Below are positions 9,703-19,763 of a stretch of DNA of 64,000 nucleotides, one piece after another. Position numbers and translations under genes: made by a program. Positions within the stretch are counted from its first letter, which is position 1; each line of letters opens with the position of its first letter. The notes beneath the pieces are model-generated. The model was given only the letters and a program-made list of their open reading frames with translations, did no database searches and was not told where the DNA came from. Source of the DNA: an uncultured Gammaproteobacteria bacterium (GTDB taxonomy: Bacteria > Patescibacteriota > Microgenomatia > UBA10105 > UBA927); the NCBI GenBank assembly GCA_964527425.1, contig CAZGOA010000001.1:98435-162434 (forward strand), read 5' to 3'.

Positions 9703-10845
9703 TCATGATATTACTCTTTTTCTCAATAAAATACCCAGACTTATTACGATACCGAGTGTAAAAAATCCATATATCAAGCTTTGTTGAATACTCAAACCTC
9801 TTGCTGTATATGTACCTATATACAGTAGTGGCGAGTAACTCAGTACCAATCCTACTGAAACAAAAAATATGATTATTTGTAATACTCTTGCATTAGGAAT
9901 TAAACTTGAAAATGGAATAATCCATACGAAATACCATGGTAAAAATTCTCTCCGCAGTAATACGGCTCCAAGACCTGTAAGCAAAGCTCCAACAGCTAAC
10001 CATCTTTTCCATCCGATAAAAAGTAAGAAAATCAAAGGAAATGTCATCAATTTTATTGCAACAGAAAGAGCAAGGAAAAATAAAGCAGTATATTTTTTAT
10101 GTAACAAATAGAAATGATAAGAAAGGAGTGCAAACATCATCATAACGATATCGTTATGACCACTCACTACACATTCAATAATTATTAATGGATTTAGTGC
10201 GAATAATACCGTTCCTAATAAAGCGTGTTTCTTATCTTTTATCATCAAGATACTGTTAATGACATGAATAGATACGATGTACGAACTTACAGCAATCATT
10301 TTAATTGTGAAAAGAGATAACAATAAACTGTTAAAACTGAATAGATACAACGGAATGGTAAGTATTATCCATAAGGGCGGATATGCACTCGGCAAATGTG
10401 TCCATCGCATAAAAGAAAGCATTGAATCTATACCTTGGAAATGGAGTGGTGTCATTGCATACGGATTCGTTTTGTACAACACAACTGTCTTTGCGGTAAA
10501 AATGTAATTAAAAATATCATATGAGAAAGCTGCTGGAAAAGAAAAGAATACTACAAACGTCGTTATACCAATAATGATATAAAGTTGTTTTCGATTTATT
10601 TTATTGTTGTACACAGCATACAGAAGTAAAAAAAACTGAATGCATAATCCAAGCACATTTCCTAAAAACCAGACTGTCGCAATGGGTCTCTGATAAAATC
10701 CAACATGCTGAAACACTGATTGTATATCTTTAGCAATACTTTGTTGTGATAACGTGAGATTTAAATCAACTTGTGTGTAAGAAAAAAACAATAGGGAAAG
10801 AGATATTAAGATTGAAAAAACTATACTTGTTCGAAAATAATTCAT
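9703..10845 (-). CDS. Integral membrane protein, possible GT87/DUF2029-type polyprenyl-P-mannose-dependent glycosyltransferase
   Basis: 380 aa with about 10 TM helices and an NPLIIIECVVSGHNDIVMMM motif. It lies immediately downstream of a DPM1-like GT2. Confidence 0.35.
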   Translation of the reverse strand: MNYFRTSIVFSILISLSLLFFSYTQVDLNLTLSQQSIAKDIQSVFQHVGFYQRPIATVWFLGNVLGLCIQFFLLLYAVYNNKINRKQLYIIIGITTFVVFFSFPAAFSYDIFNYIFTAKTVVLYKTNPYAMTPLHFQGIDSMLSFMRWTHLPSAYPPLWIILTIPLYLFSFNSLLLSLFTIKMIAVSSYIVSIHVINSILMIKDKKHALLGTVLFALNPLIIIECVVSGHNDIVMMMFALLSYHFYLLHKKYTALFFLALSVAIKLMTFPLIFLLFIGWKRWLAVGALLTGLGAVLLRREFLPWYFVWIIPFSSLIPNARVLQIIIFFVSVGLVLSYSPLLYIGTYTARGLSIQQSLIYGFFTLGIVISLGILLRKRVIS

Positions 10846-10857
10846 ACATAGGTACCA

Positions 10858-11610
10858 CTACCCACTTCTCTTATATGTTCCTTTCCATGCGTTAAGTCTA
10901 ATCCGTACTATATCCATTAAACCGGCAATAGAATCTTTAATCGGATTTACTCTTCTCGTTTCTACATAATGCCATTCAACTGGTACCTCTTTTATAGAGT
11001 AACCTAATCTTTTTGCAATAAATAATACTTCAATATCAAATCCCGCATTGACACTTGCACCAGATACTATTTTTTTATTCCAATGATCTTTTAAGGTATT
11101 AAAAATAATATGACCTACTTCTTTTTTAAAAGCTTTAAAACCACATTGTGTATCTGTAATTCCTTCCAAACCCAATACGGTGCTTCTTAAGAACATAAAA
11201 CCCTGGGCCATTAACTTTCGTGTGAATGGTGCACCTTCTCTTTTTTTGTTTCTTGAACCAATTACTACATCATATCCTTTTTTAAACCATGGAATTATTT
11301 TTTCCAGCTCACTTAAAGGAGTTGCCTGGTCAAGATCACTGAACAGTATGATGTCACCTTTCGCTTTCATTATTCCACTGATGACTGTACCTGCTTTTCC
11401 TAAATGCGGATTAAACTGAATATGATATTGAGTATTTTTTTTAGAAAATTGTTCAAGTAATTGCTTTGTTGAATCTGTTGAGCCATCATCAACGATGATA
11501 ACCTCCCAGGAAAATTGTTGCTTTTCTAAATATCGAGCAACCTTATCAAGCGCCCCGAGGCGAATATTTATTTCTTCATTATATGCAGGTATGACAATAG
11601 AAATATCCAT
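10858..11610 (-). CDS. GT2 polyprenyl-phosphate glycosyltransferase (DPM1/GtrB-like)
   Basis: 250 aa. ISIVIPAYNEEINI...VIIVDDGSTDSTKQLLE...FSDLDQATP. Classic Dpm1-like GT2. Confidence 0.8.
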   Translation of the reverse strand: MDISIVIPAYNEEINIRLGALDKVARYLEKQQFSWEVIIVDDGSTDSTKQLLEQFSKKNTQYHIQFNPHLGKAGTVISGIMKAKGDIILFSDLDQATPLSELEKIIPWFKKGYDVVIGSRNKKREGAPFTRKLMAQGFMFLRSTVLGLEGITDTQCGFKAFKKEVGHIIFNTLKDHWNKKIVSGASVNAGFDIEVLFIAKRLGYSIKEVPVEWHYVETRRVNPIKDSIAGLMDIVRIRLNAWKGTYKRSG

Positions 11611-11624
11611 AAATGTATCTACTA

Positions 11625-13238
11625 TTATAGTTTATTCTCGATTAATCCACTTACTGTAGCGTCTTTCTCATCATAATGGACAAGCTTATAGAGCATAACT
11701 GGGAAAACATATTTTTGCTCTACTATTTCGGCTCTTCCAAATCCTGCTACCTCCCAAAGTGAGTTTCCAAGCGGCTCACAAGAAGGATTCTCACACATTA
11801 CAATGAGTTGATCTGTTACTGTTTTTCGCTCTGGATCAGCGGCAATTTGTTCAATCGTTACTGGAGCTCTATCTTTTATTTCAAGAAAATATCTGTATGC
11901 ATGATCAGAATTCGTCGCAGTTATAAAAGCGAAATTAAATGGTTCTTCGCCAGCCATTTTTATAACTTCTTTGGCAACATTACGAGTTTGCTGTACTTGA
12001 TTGTTTGGCTGATATACAAATGGTCTACCTTGCCAATTATAAAATACTAAACCTAGAAACATTGCACTTGCCATCACTGTTCCTGCTTTTGATCTCATTG
12101 ATTGCCACAAAATTAATCCTACAAGTATAAATGGAGCGGTGTTAAAAATTCCAAAATAATAATCGTATATACCTCTTCGATAAAATCCGAATAATAAGAT
12201 AGAAACACCCATCCATATAAACAGTAATATTGAGGCTTTCCATTGTTCTTTTGAAAGAGAAAATCGCTGATGTAATTGCATAAAGAGTATCTTTTTTTTC
12301 CGTGTGCTATTACTCAAGATAAATGATACTAACAATGCACTTGATACTAACAGAACAGTTCTAATGATTATGACCAGAGTCGTAATAAATGTATCTGAAT
12401 ATTGATTCCACACTTCATAATTTGGCATTCGAAATAATAGTCTTCCAAAACTTCTAAATAATACATCAGCAACAGTACTTACAAATCCTTGAGGGGTGAA
12501 ACCAGTTTCATTCCCTGTAGCTATAAAGCTGAACATAGCTTTAATATTTTGAAAATTATGAATTAATTCAAACAAAATAAACGGACTAAAGGAAATAATA
12601 AACCCAACTACAACAGCAGCGTAGTGTTTTATTAACTGTAAAGGTCTTGCAAATGTAATTAACCAAATACCGCTTATAATGATGAGGAAGGAAAATAAAT
12701 AATGAAACTGTATTCCTAGTCCCCAAATAATACCAATAAAAAAATAATCAAGAAGTTTCTTGTGCAGAGCGCTGCGCCACAAAATAAACATTAATAACAA
12801 ACTAAAAAATGGTACGATATTAGGGTTCCACGAGGAACGAGAGTATGCAATAACGACAGGTGATACCGCATATAATAATGATCCCGTTAAACCCACTATT
12901 GGATGAAACCATTTTGAACCAACGTAGTAGACTAAATATACTGTTGCAATTCCAAATAACGCAACCATAATTGCGGGTCCCACAGGATCATATTGCCACA
13001 ACCACAAAAAAGGAGTCATAAAATAGTAATACATCGGTCCCAAGAAAAATCCTCCGACAGAAGCAGTAGGTCCAAGTAATATAATATCCCCATCTACCAG
13101 CATTCGCTTAATTCGTAGTACATCTCTTCCTTCATCACCTAAAAAAGTTTGGTATTCAGCTATCCTATATAAACGCAAATATGAAGCGAGTATTAGAATG
13201 AGTATTATTGATATTGTAATAAACCATTTTCGATTCAT
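11625..13238 (-). CDS. ArnT/PMT-like GT-C glycosyltransferase (GT39/GT83-like)
   Basis: 537 aa and polytopic. LRLYRIAEYQTFLGDEGRDVLRIKRM carries the DE motif in the first periplasmic loop. The C-terminal soluble domain is about 130 aa. Confidence 0.65.
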   Translation of the reverse strand: MNRKWFITISIILILILASYLRLYRIAEYQTFLGDEGRDVLRIKRMLVDGDIILLGPTASVGGFFLGPMYYYFMTPFLWLWQYDPVGPAIMVALFGIATVYLVYYVGSKWFHPIVGLTGSLLYAVSPVVIAYSRSSWNPNIVPFFSLLLMFILWRSALHKKLLDYFFIGIIWGLGIQFHYLFSFLIIISGIWLITFARPLQLIKHYAAVVVGFIISFSPFILFELIHNFQNIKAMFSFIATGNETGFTPQGFVSTVADVLFRSFGRLLFRMPNYEVWNQYSDTFITTLVIIIRTVLLVSSALLVSFILSNSTRKKKILFMQLHQRFSLSKEQWKASILLFIWMGVSILLFGFYRRGIYDYYFGIFNTAPFILVGLILWQSMRSKAGTVMASAMFLGLVFYNWQGRPFVYQPNNQVQQTRNVAKEVIKMAGEEPFNFAFITATNSDHAYRYFLEIKDRAPVTIEQIAADPERKTVTDQLIVMCENPSCEPLGNSLWEVAGFGRAEIVEQKYVFPVMLYKLVHYDEKDATVSGLIENKL

Positions 13239-13265
13239 GGAGTAGTTATAGTATACCTTGAAGTG

Positions 13266-14375
13266 TCACTTCCATATCACCCTTGAATACATAATATAAT
13301 TCCACATTAACCCAATACTCACACCTAAGAGATAAAACACTCTATATGTTTGATCTCCTGCTAAGTGCGTACCAACCCAAATCGTACTTGCTTGAATAAT
13401 TATTGCACCGACAGAGGTCATATTAAATTGTAAAAACTTATATATTCGTTGTTCTCGTCCTATTCGACGATCCCTGAATGTCCATCTATTATTGAAAAAA
13501 TAGTTCGATATTATCGCACACTCCGCTCCAATAATACTTCCAATTTCTGGGATTGTCCCAATTCCATGAACAAACAACTCTAATACGAGTGTATTTATAA
13601 TAAATCCCAGTAATCCCACAAGTGCAAACTTCTTAAAAGGTCCATGCATTAGTCTGTGAACTCTATTCGTAATAATAAATTCAAAAATGTCTTTTATATA
13701 TTCTCCTACAGCAATTTTTGATTTTCCAAATCGACGATCAGTAAAATGAATTGGAACTTCATGCACTTTTGCACCTTGTCTTATTGCATTATATAAAAAT
13801 GCAATTTGAAACACATACCCGGTATATTGCATGAGTCTATCTTTATTTTGTAAAAAGTATTCTTTTTTTAACGCTCGATATCCTCCAGTCCAATCATGAA
13901 CCTGAAGATAGCCTAGTCCAAATCGCACAATACTATTTCCTACTATACTATAAAGTTTTCTCCGTACACCCCAATTATCGGGTATTGCACCACCTTTAAT
14001 ATAACGACTACCAACAACAAAGTCGTATCCATCATCTATAGCTTTTACAAACTTGTGAAGTACAAAAGGATCATGTGAGAGATCAGCATCCATTTGTATT
14101 AATATTTCTGCATCCAGATTTTCTACACTATAATTCATTCCCCTTAGTAAAGCTCTTCCTAGACCTTCTTTTTTCCCTGTTAAAACATGAACTCTTTTAT
14201 GACTAGATGCATATTCCTTTACAGCCTCTCCCGTTCCATCCGGAGAATTATCATCTACAACAAGGTAATGCACTGTATGTTGAGAGAATGAAGATAAAAC
14301 CTCACGAGCTTGGTCTAGAAGAACGAGAATTGTATCCCGCTCATTGTATGTGGGCAGTATTAGTACAACATTCAT
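13266..14375 (-). CDS. GT2 polyprenyl-phosphate sugar synthase fused to a C-terminal GtrA-like domain
   Basis: 369 aa. N-terminus VVLILPTYNERDTILVLL...VVDDNSPDGT...QMDADLSHDP matches Dpm1/GtrB. The C-terminal four TM helices, FALVGLLGFIINTLVLELFVHG...AECAIISNYFFNNRWTFRD, match the GtrA family signature. Confidence 0.8.
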   Translation of the reverse strand: MNVVLILPTYNERDTILVLLDQAREVLSSFSQHTVHYLVVDDNSPDGTGEAVKEYASSHKRVHVLTGKKEGLGRALLRGMNYSVENLDAEILIQMDADLSHDPFVLHKFVKAIDDGYDFVVGSRYIKGGAIPDNWGVRRKLYSIVGNSIVRFGLGYLQVHDWTGGYRALKKEYFLQNKDRLMQYTGYVFQIAFLYNAIRQGAKVHEVPIHFTDRRFGKSKIAVGEYIKDIFEFIITNRVHRLMHGPFKKFALVGLLGFIINTLVLELFVHGIGTIPEIGSIIGAECAIISNYFFNNRWTFRDRRIGREQRIYKFLQFNMTSVGAIIIQASTIWVGTHLAGDQTYRVFYLLGVSIGLMWNYIMYSRVIWK

Positions 14376-14399
14376 ACTTTGAGCAGTTATTATACTCTT

Positions 14400-15377
14400 T
14401 TATACCCGCTCACGCCAGTAATTTAAGAGATCATTCATCGTTTTTTCGAAAGATATTTCTGGTTTCCAACCTGTAGCTTCTACAAATTTTGTATTATCCC
14501 CAATTAATACTGGAACATCAGAAGGTCTCATTCTGGCTGGATCTTCTTGAATAGTAACTTTTACTTTTGCCAATGAAATAAACATATTCAAAACATCACC
14601 AATTTTTTCTGCATGGCCAGTACAAATGTTATAAACCTCACCTGGAGTACATTTTTCTACCGATAATAAATATCCTCTTACCATATCTCGAACATCAGTA
14701 TAATCACGTTTTGCTTCTAGGTTACCGACTCTAATAATTGGTTCTTGTTTCCCTTTTTCAATGAGCGCGACCTGTTTTGCAAAATTAGATTCTGCGAATG
14801 TATCACCTCTTCTCGGTCCAGTGTGATTAAAACCTCTTGTTCTGATAATTTTTAGACCATAGGATTGATGATACTGATATCCCAGAAAATCCATTGCTAA
14901 CTTTGAAACTGCATACGGAGAAAGAGGTCTTAGTGGATTTGTTTCACGGATTGGAAGTTCATCTTCATATACCATTCCATATTCTTCTGAGGAGCAGGCA
15001 ATTTGTATAACTGTATTTAATTTTGCCTGTTTTACTGCTTCAAAAAGATTAGCTGATCCAACGATATTTACATCTAATGTAACAGCAGGCGATACCCAGG
15101 ATGTAGGAACGAATGATTGCGCAGCTAAATGAAATATGTAGTCTGGCTTTATCTTAGTGATCGTTGAATATAAACTATGTGAATCTAATAAATCTGCATC
15201 TTCTAGATGAAGCTTGTTAACAATACCTTCTAAATGATCCATTTTAGTTCTCGGTCTTGTTAATCCATACACTTCGTATCCTTCTTTAAGAAGCAATTCC
15301 GCCATGTGGCTTCCTACGAAACCTGCTATACCAGTGATCAATACAACTTTATTTGCCATATACCCCCTTAATTCCAA
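14400..15377 (-). CDS. NAD-dependent sugar-nucleotide epimerase/dehydratase (Gmd/Rmd-like, GDP-deoxyhexose pathway)
   Basis: 325 aa. VLITGIAGFVGSHMAELLLKEGYEVYGL is a Rossmann GxxGxxG motif, and YAVSK is the catalytic YxxxK motif. The true start may be the internal Met (MANKVVLITG). Confidence 0.8.
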   Translation of the reverse strand: MELRGYMANKVVLITGIAGFVGSHMAELLLKEGYEVYGLTRPRTKMDHLEGIVNKLHLEDADLLDSHSLYSTITKIKPDYIFHLAAQSFVPTSWVSPAVTLDVNIVGSANLFEAVKQAKLNTVIQIACSSEEYGMVYEDELPIRETNPLRPLSPYAVSKLAMDFLGYQYHQSYGLKIIRTRGFNHTGPRRGDTFAESNFAKQVALIEKGKQEPIIRVGNLEAKRDYTDVRDMVRGYLLSVEKCTPGEVYNICTGHAEKIGDVLNMFISLAKVKVTIQEDPARMRPSDVPVLIGDNTKFVEATGWKPEISFEKTMNDLLNYWRERV

Positions 15378-15466
15378 AATTGTTAATTAATATGCGTTTG
15401 CAAATTAATATCGTCCATCTATTGTATCAAAAACATCGGGACAATATATACTATTAACTTTTACGA

Positions 15467-16765
15467 TTACATTCTACCTACACCATAATACGTGTATCCA
15501 AGTTTTTTTACCTGTTCTGGATCATAAATATTTCGTCCATCAAAAAGCACTCGTTCTTTAAGCGCTTTTGCTAGTTTCACCAAGTCTATCTGTCTAAATT
15601 CATTCCATTCTGTAATGACTGCAATTGCATCTGCATCTTGTGCAGCATCATATGCGTCTTTTGCATATCGAATATCTTTTGGAAGAATTGGTTTTGCGTT
15701 TTCAACAGCTATTGGATCATATACACTTACTGTTGCCCCTTGTTTTAATAATTCTAAGATAATCGTAATTGACGGTGCTTCTCTCATATCATCGGTATCA
15801 GGTTTAAACGATAAACCGAGAATTGCAATTTGTTTCCCTTTGAGATTTCCATTGAAGTGGTTTGAAATCTTAGACACAAACCGTTTTCTCATAGAAGCAT
15901 TTATTTCATCTACAGCTTTCAGCAATGTAAAATCATATCCTGCTCTATCGGAAAGGGCAATTAACGCTTTTACATCTTTAGGGAAACAACTTCCACCGTA
16001 TCCTACTCCTGCATATAAGAAACTTCTACCTAATCTGTTATCAAGACCTACTCCTTCTAGTACTTTTTCCGCATCTGCACCAACTTTTTCTGCCACTATA
16101 GCAATAGCATTTGCAAACGATATTTTCGTGGATAAAAGAGAATTGGAAGCATATTTAATTAATTCTGCTGTTTCTACATTACATAATACTAGTTCAGTAT
16201 TAATTGGTTTATGAAGCTCAACTAATAAATTTCTTGCACGATCAGAAGTCGTACCAATAACGACACGATCTGGCCTCATTGTATCGGAAATAGCCGAACC
16301 TTCTCTTAAAAATTCTGGACAAGAGGCAATCGCAAACGAAGAACCAGCTGGTTTATGTTTATTTAATAATTCTCCGACTTTTTGATTAGTACCTGGCGGA
16401 ACTGTACTTTTCGTAACGACTACTTTATATCCTGTTAAATTTTTAGCAATTTCTTCTGTTGCTGCAAAAACATTTGTTAAATCCGCTTCTCCATTTGATT
16501 TGGGTGGTGTACCAACAGCAATAAAGATGATTTCAGAAGGTACTACAGCTTCTTTATAATCAAGTGTAAAAAGTAATCGACCTGCATCTACATTTCGTTT
16601 TACTAACTCAGATAATCCTGGCTCATAAAACGTAGCGATTCCTTTTTTTAAGGTGTCAATTTTTTCCTTCGTTCTACCAACTACCCAAACAGTATTTCCC
16701 AAATCAGCAAATACTGCTGCTGTTACTAAACCAACATACCCGTGTCCGATAAATGATATTGTCAT
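15467..16765 (-). CDS. ugd: UDP-glucose 6-dehydrogenase (UDP-glucose/GDP-mannose dehydrogenase family)
   Basis: 432 aa. MTISFIGHGYVGLVTAAVFADLG...IAVGTPP...GGSCFPKDV carries the catalytic Cys. Full-length three-domain UDPGDH architecture. Confidence 0.9.
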   Translation of the reverse strand: MTISFIGHGYVGLVTAAVFADLGNTVWVVGRTKEKIDTLKKGIATFYEPGLSELVKRNVDAGRLLFTLDYKEAVVPSEIIFIAVGTPPKSNGEADLTNVFAATEEIAKNLTGYKVVVTKSTVPPGTNQKVGELLNKHKPAGSSFAIASCPEFLREGSAISDTMRPDRVVIGTTSDRARNLLVELHKPINTELVLCNVETAELIKYASNSLLSTKISFANAIAIVAEKVGADAEKVLEGVGLDNRLGRSFLYAGVGYGGSCFPKDVKALIALSDRAGYDFTLLKAVDEINASMRKRFVSKISNHFNGNLKGKQIAILGLSFKPDTDDMREAPSITIILELLKQGATVSVYDPIAVENAKPILPKDIRYAKDAYDAAQDADAIAVITEWNEFRQIDLVKLAKALKERVLFDGRNIYDPEQVKKLGYTYYGVGRM

Positions 16766-16783
16766 AGATTGATATAGCCTACC

Positions 16784-17653
16784 TCAGATTTCATTCGCTT
16801 TCAAGAGTGATAACCCTTCTGAAAATGATCGGGGTATTATTCCTAAGTGTTGAATCTTAGCATTGGAAATACGTAATTTTAGAGCGCGCGGAGCTTTATC
16901 CTTATAATAATCACTCGCTGTTGTAGATCGCACTAGTGTAGAATCATATCCAAATGTTTGAGCAATAATTAGGGATGCTTCAAAAGACGTTAGAGGTTGA
17001 CTACCCACTAAGTGATATATTCCAGAGGCATTCTTTTCTATTATCTTTTTTATTCCTATTGCAATGTCTGGCATATATGTAGGAGTGAACACTTGATCTG
17101 TTGGAGCTGAAATGGGCTGATTTGCTTCAAAACGTTCTCGAAGTTTCCCTACAAAATCTTTCTTGGCACCTGTGGTGTGTCCGTAAGGAAACGATAATCG
17201 AACAATGACACCCTGGTCTTTTAGCGTTTGAACACATTTTTCTCCTTCATATTTTGTAATCGCATACCAACCTATAGGTGAAGGAGTATCATCTTCTGTG
17301 TAGATGCGGTCACCTCCAGGAAAAACGAAATCAGTAGAAATATATAGTAATTTTTTATTATATATTTTACATGCGTCTACTAAAATTTTTGTAGCTCCAA
17401 CGTTTACCTTCCACGTACTACTATTTTCACCTTCTGAACGTTCTTTTTCTGCCTCATCAACATCTGTTTTTGCTGCAAGGTGAATAATCCAATTAGCTTC
17501 ACTTTTTGAAACATATGTATGCACTGTATCTGGTTTAGTTATATCCACACCAACTTCTAAACTCAAATTCTCAAATATATACTCATTTTTTAACGTATCA
17601 ACTAGTATACTTCCTACCATTCCTGATAGACCTGTTCCAAGTATTGGTTTCAT
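16784..17653 (-). CDS. rmlD: dTDP-4-dehydrorhamnose reductase (RmlD-like)
   Basis: 289 aa. KPILGTGLSGMVGSILV (glycine-rich Rossmann motif) and YAITK (YxxxK). Size and context next to rmlB support the call. Confidence 0.7.
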   Translation of the reverse strand: MKPILGTGLSGMVGSILVDTLKNEYIFENLSLEVGVDITKPDTVHTYVSKSEANWIIHLAAKTDVDEAEKERSEGENSSTWKVNVGATKILVDACKIYNKKLLYISTDFVFPGGDRIYTEDDTPSPIGWYAITKYEGEKCVQTLKDQGVIVRLSFPYGHTTGAKKDFVGKLRERFEANQPISAPTDQVFTPTYMPDIAIGIKKIIEKNASGIYHLVGSQPLTSFEASLIIAQTFGYDSTLVRSTTASDYYKDKAPRALKLRISNAKIQHLGIIPRSFSEGLSLLKANEI

Positions 17654-17659
17654 AACTAT

Positions 17660-18697
17660 TTATTCCTTCTTCCCATATTGTTCTTCATAAAATTCTTTAT
17701 ATTCTCCTGATTTTACCCGCTTCCACCAATCTTGATTTTCTATATACCATTGCACTGTTTTCTCAAGCCATTCATCAAACGTATGAAGTGGTTGCCAACC
17801 CAACTCTGTATGGATTTTTGACCAATCAATAGCATATCTTCTATCATGACCAGGTCGATCTTTTATATATTCTATCTCATCTATACTTTTTCCCATTAAC
17901 GATACTATTTTCTTGACAATGGTAATGTTGTTAATGTCTTCTGTTACACCACCAACGCAATATGTTTCTCCGATTGTACCTTTAGTTAGTACTGCATCAA
18001 TTGCCCTGCAATGATCTTCTACGTATAACCAGTCACGCACATATAATCCATCACCATATACCGGAACTTTTTTCCCTTCTAAGATATTGGTTATAGCTAA
18101 CGGTATTAACTTTTCTGGAAACATGTAGGGTCCATAATTATTTGAACAATTAGTAATTGTTATGGGCAGATTATAGGTATAATAATAGGCACGTACTACA
18201 TGATCTGAAGCCGCTTTGCTAGCTGAATATGGACTTCTAGGATTATAGGGAGTTTTTTCATTAAAGATATGTTTTTCATCAAGTGACAATGATCCAAACA
18301 CTTCGTCGGTTGATATGTGATGAAACCGTTTTACGGCATGACTTTTAGCAGCTTCAAGCAATACCTGAGTCCCTAATACATTCGTTTTGATAAAAGGTGA
18401 TGGTTCATGGATAGAACGATCTACATGACTTTCAGCAGCAAAATGAACGATAACATCAACTCCCTCCATAGCTTCATTAACCTGAGCGGCATCGGTAATA
18501 TCACCTTTGATAAATGAATAGGATGGGTTGTTGGATACCTCTTTTACATTTTCTAAATTACCGGCATAAGTAAGCACATCATAATTAATGACACTATCTT
18601 CACCATGATTTGTTAACCAATACCTAATAAAGTTAGAACCAATAAAACCAGCACCACCAGTAACTAATAGTTTCATAATAATAGTATACTGCCCCAA
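17660..18697 (-). CDS. rmlB: dTDP-glucose 4,6-dehydratase (RmlB)
   Basis: 345 aa. MKLLVTGGAGFIGSNFIRYWL...HISTDEVFG...YSASKAASDH. The likely true start is the internal MKLLVTG, 7 codons downstream. Confidence 0.9.
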   Translation of the reverse strand: MGQYTIIMKLLVTGGAGFIGSNFIRYWLTNHGEDSVINYDVLTYAGNLENVKEVSNNPSYSFIKGDITDAAQVNEAMEGVDVIVHFAAESHVDRSIHEPSPFIKTNVLGTQVLLEAAKSHAVKRFHHISTDEVFGSLSLDEKHIFNEKTPYNPRSPYSASKAASDHVVRAYYYTYNLPITITNCSNNYGPYMFPEKLIPLAITNILEGKKVPVYGDGLYVRDWLYVEDHCRAIDAVLTKGTIGETYCVGGVTEDINNITIVKKIVSLMGKSIDEIEYIKDRPGHDRRYAIDWSKIHTELGWQPLHTFDEWLEKTVQWYIENQDWWKRVKSGEYKEFYEEQYGKKE

Positions 18698-18750
18698 GCA
18701 GCATGTTTATTGGACCGAGTGAATAGTACTTCTCCAGCTATCCAATAGTG

Positions 18751-19488
18751 TTATATCCTTCCATCTTTTGCCATTTGAGCCACATCAATATTAGCCCTAA
18801 GAAGCTCATCATATGATGTTCCAGCATCAACCCACCAATCTATTAATTCACAATACAGAGTACCTTGTGACAAATATGTATTGTTTAAATCTGTAACTTC
18901 GAGCTCTCCGCGCTGTGAAGGCTTTAATTGGTGAATATATTGAAATACGTTTGAATCATACATATATATACCCGTTTGAGCGATGTCTGATTTAGGCGAT
19001 TCAGGTTTTTCTTCAATTGAACGTACTTTTCCGTCATTATCCATTTCTATCACTCCATACTGACGAGAATCAGTATCTTTATGAACACCAAAAATCATTG
19101 CTCCTTCTACCCGTTCATTAAACCGTTTAACAGATTCACTTAAAGGAAAAGAAAATATATTATCTCCTAATAAGACTAAAACACTTTCATTTTTTGCAAA
19201 GTCTTCGGATAACAAAATAGCATCAGGAATCCCACCTTTGGGATTTTTTTGAATAGCATAATAAAGCGTTAAATCAAAATCTTCTCCACCTTTTAATAAA
19301 CCTGCAAATTGACCTACAGATTCTGGTGTAGTGGTTACAAGCACTTCTTTAATACCAGCCTTTACCATTGCTTCCAATGAATAATAAATCATCGGTTTGT
19401 TATAAATTGGCAATAAATGCTTATTTGTAACCAATGTTAGAGGTCTAAGTCGAGTTGCAAGCCCTCCTGCGAGTATTACACCTTTCAT
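18751..19488 (-). CDS. rmlA: Glucose-1-phosphate thymidylyltransferase-like sugar nucleotidyltransferase (short RmlA form)
   Basis: 245 aa. MKGVILAGGLATRLRPLTLVTNKHLLPIYNKPMIYYSLE is the canonical G(x)GTRL nucleotidyltransferase motif. Confidence 0.8.
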   Translation of the reverse strand: MKGVILAGGLATRLRPLTLVTNKHLLPIYNKPMIYYSLEAMVKAGIKEVLVTTTPESVGQFAGLLKGGEDFDLTLYYAIQKNPKGGIPDAILLSEDFAKNESVLVLLGDNIFSFPLSESVKRFNERVEGAMIFGVHKDTDSRQYGVIEMDNDGKVRSIEEKPESPKSDIAQTGIYMYDSNVFQYIHQLKPSQRGELEVTDLNNTYLSQGTLYCELIDWWVDAGTSYDELLRANIDVAQMAKDGRI

Positions 19489-19490
19489 AA

Positions 19491-19763
19491 TTAAACGAAG
19501 AGCACTGTATAAAGCAACACAAGCCCTACAGCTGCTACGGATACATATTCTACTATGACTCGGGGGTATAAGTCACGTTCTATCACATGAAAAATTATTC
19601 CCCATAACACATATGATAATGCACAGACAAATCCAATTAAGAATTGCAAATCTCGTTTTCCATTTAACACAACAAACGTTACGAGACTCAATCCCAATAT
19701 TATCCCCAACACAATCATATGAAGATGCTTATGGGAGACAATATGTTCTTTTTTATGTGTCAT
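19491..19763 (-). CDS. Small two-TM membrane protein (hypothetical)
   Basis: 90 aa with two hydrophobic helices. Its stop overlaps the upstream gene by 4 bp. Confidence 0.3.
   Translation of the reverse strand: MTHKKEHIVSHKHLHMIVLGIILGLSLVTFVVLNGKRDLQFLIGFVCALSYVLWGIIFHVIERDLYPRVIVEYVSVAAVGLVLLYTVLFV

Noticed and set aside
15615-16214. 199-aa ORF on the + strand, antisense inside ugd
   Set aside because: It lies entirely within the strongly supported UDP-glucose dehydrogenase gene on the opposite strand. Its Ala/Ser-rich, low-complexity translation is typical of a shadow ORF. No RBS or motif.
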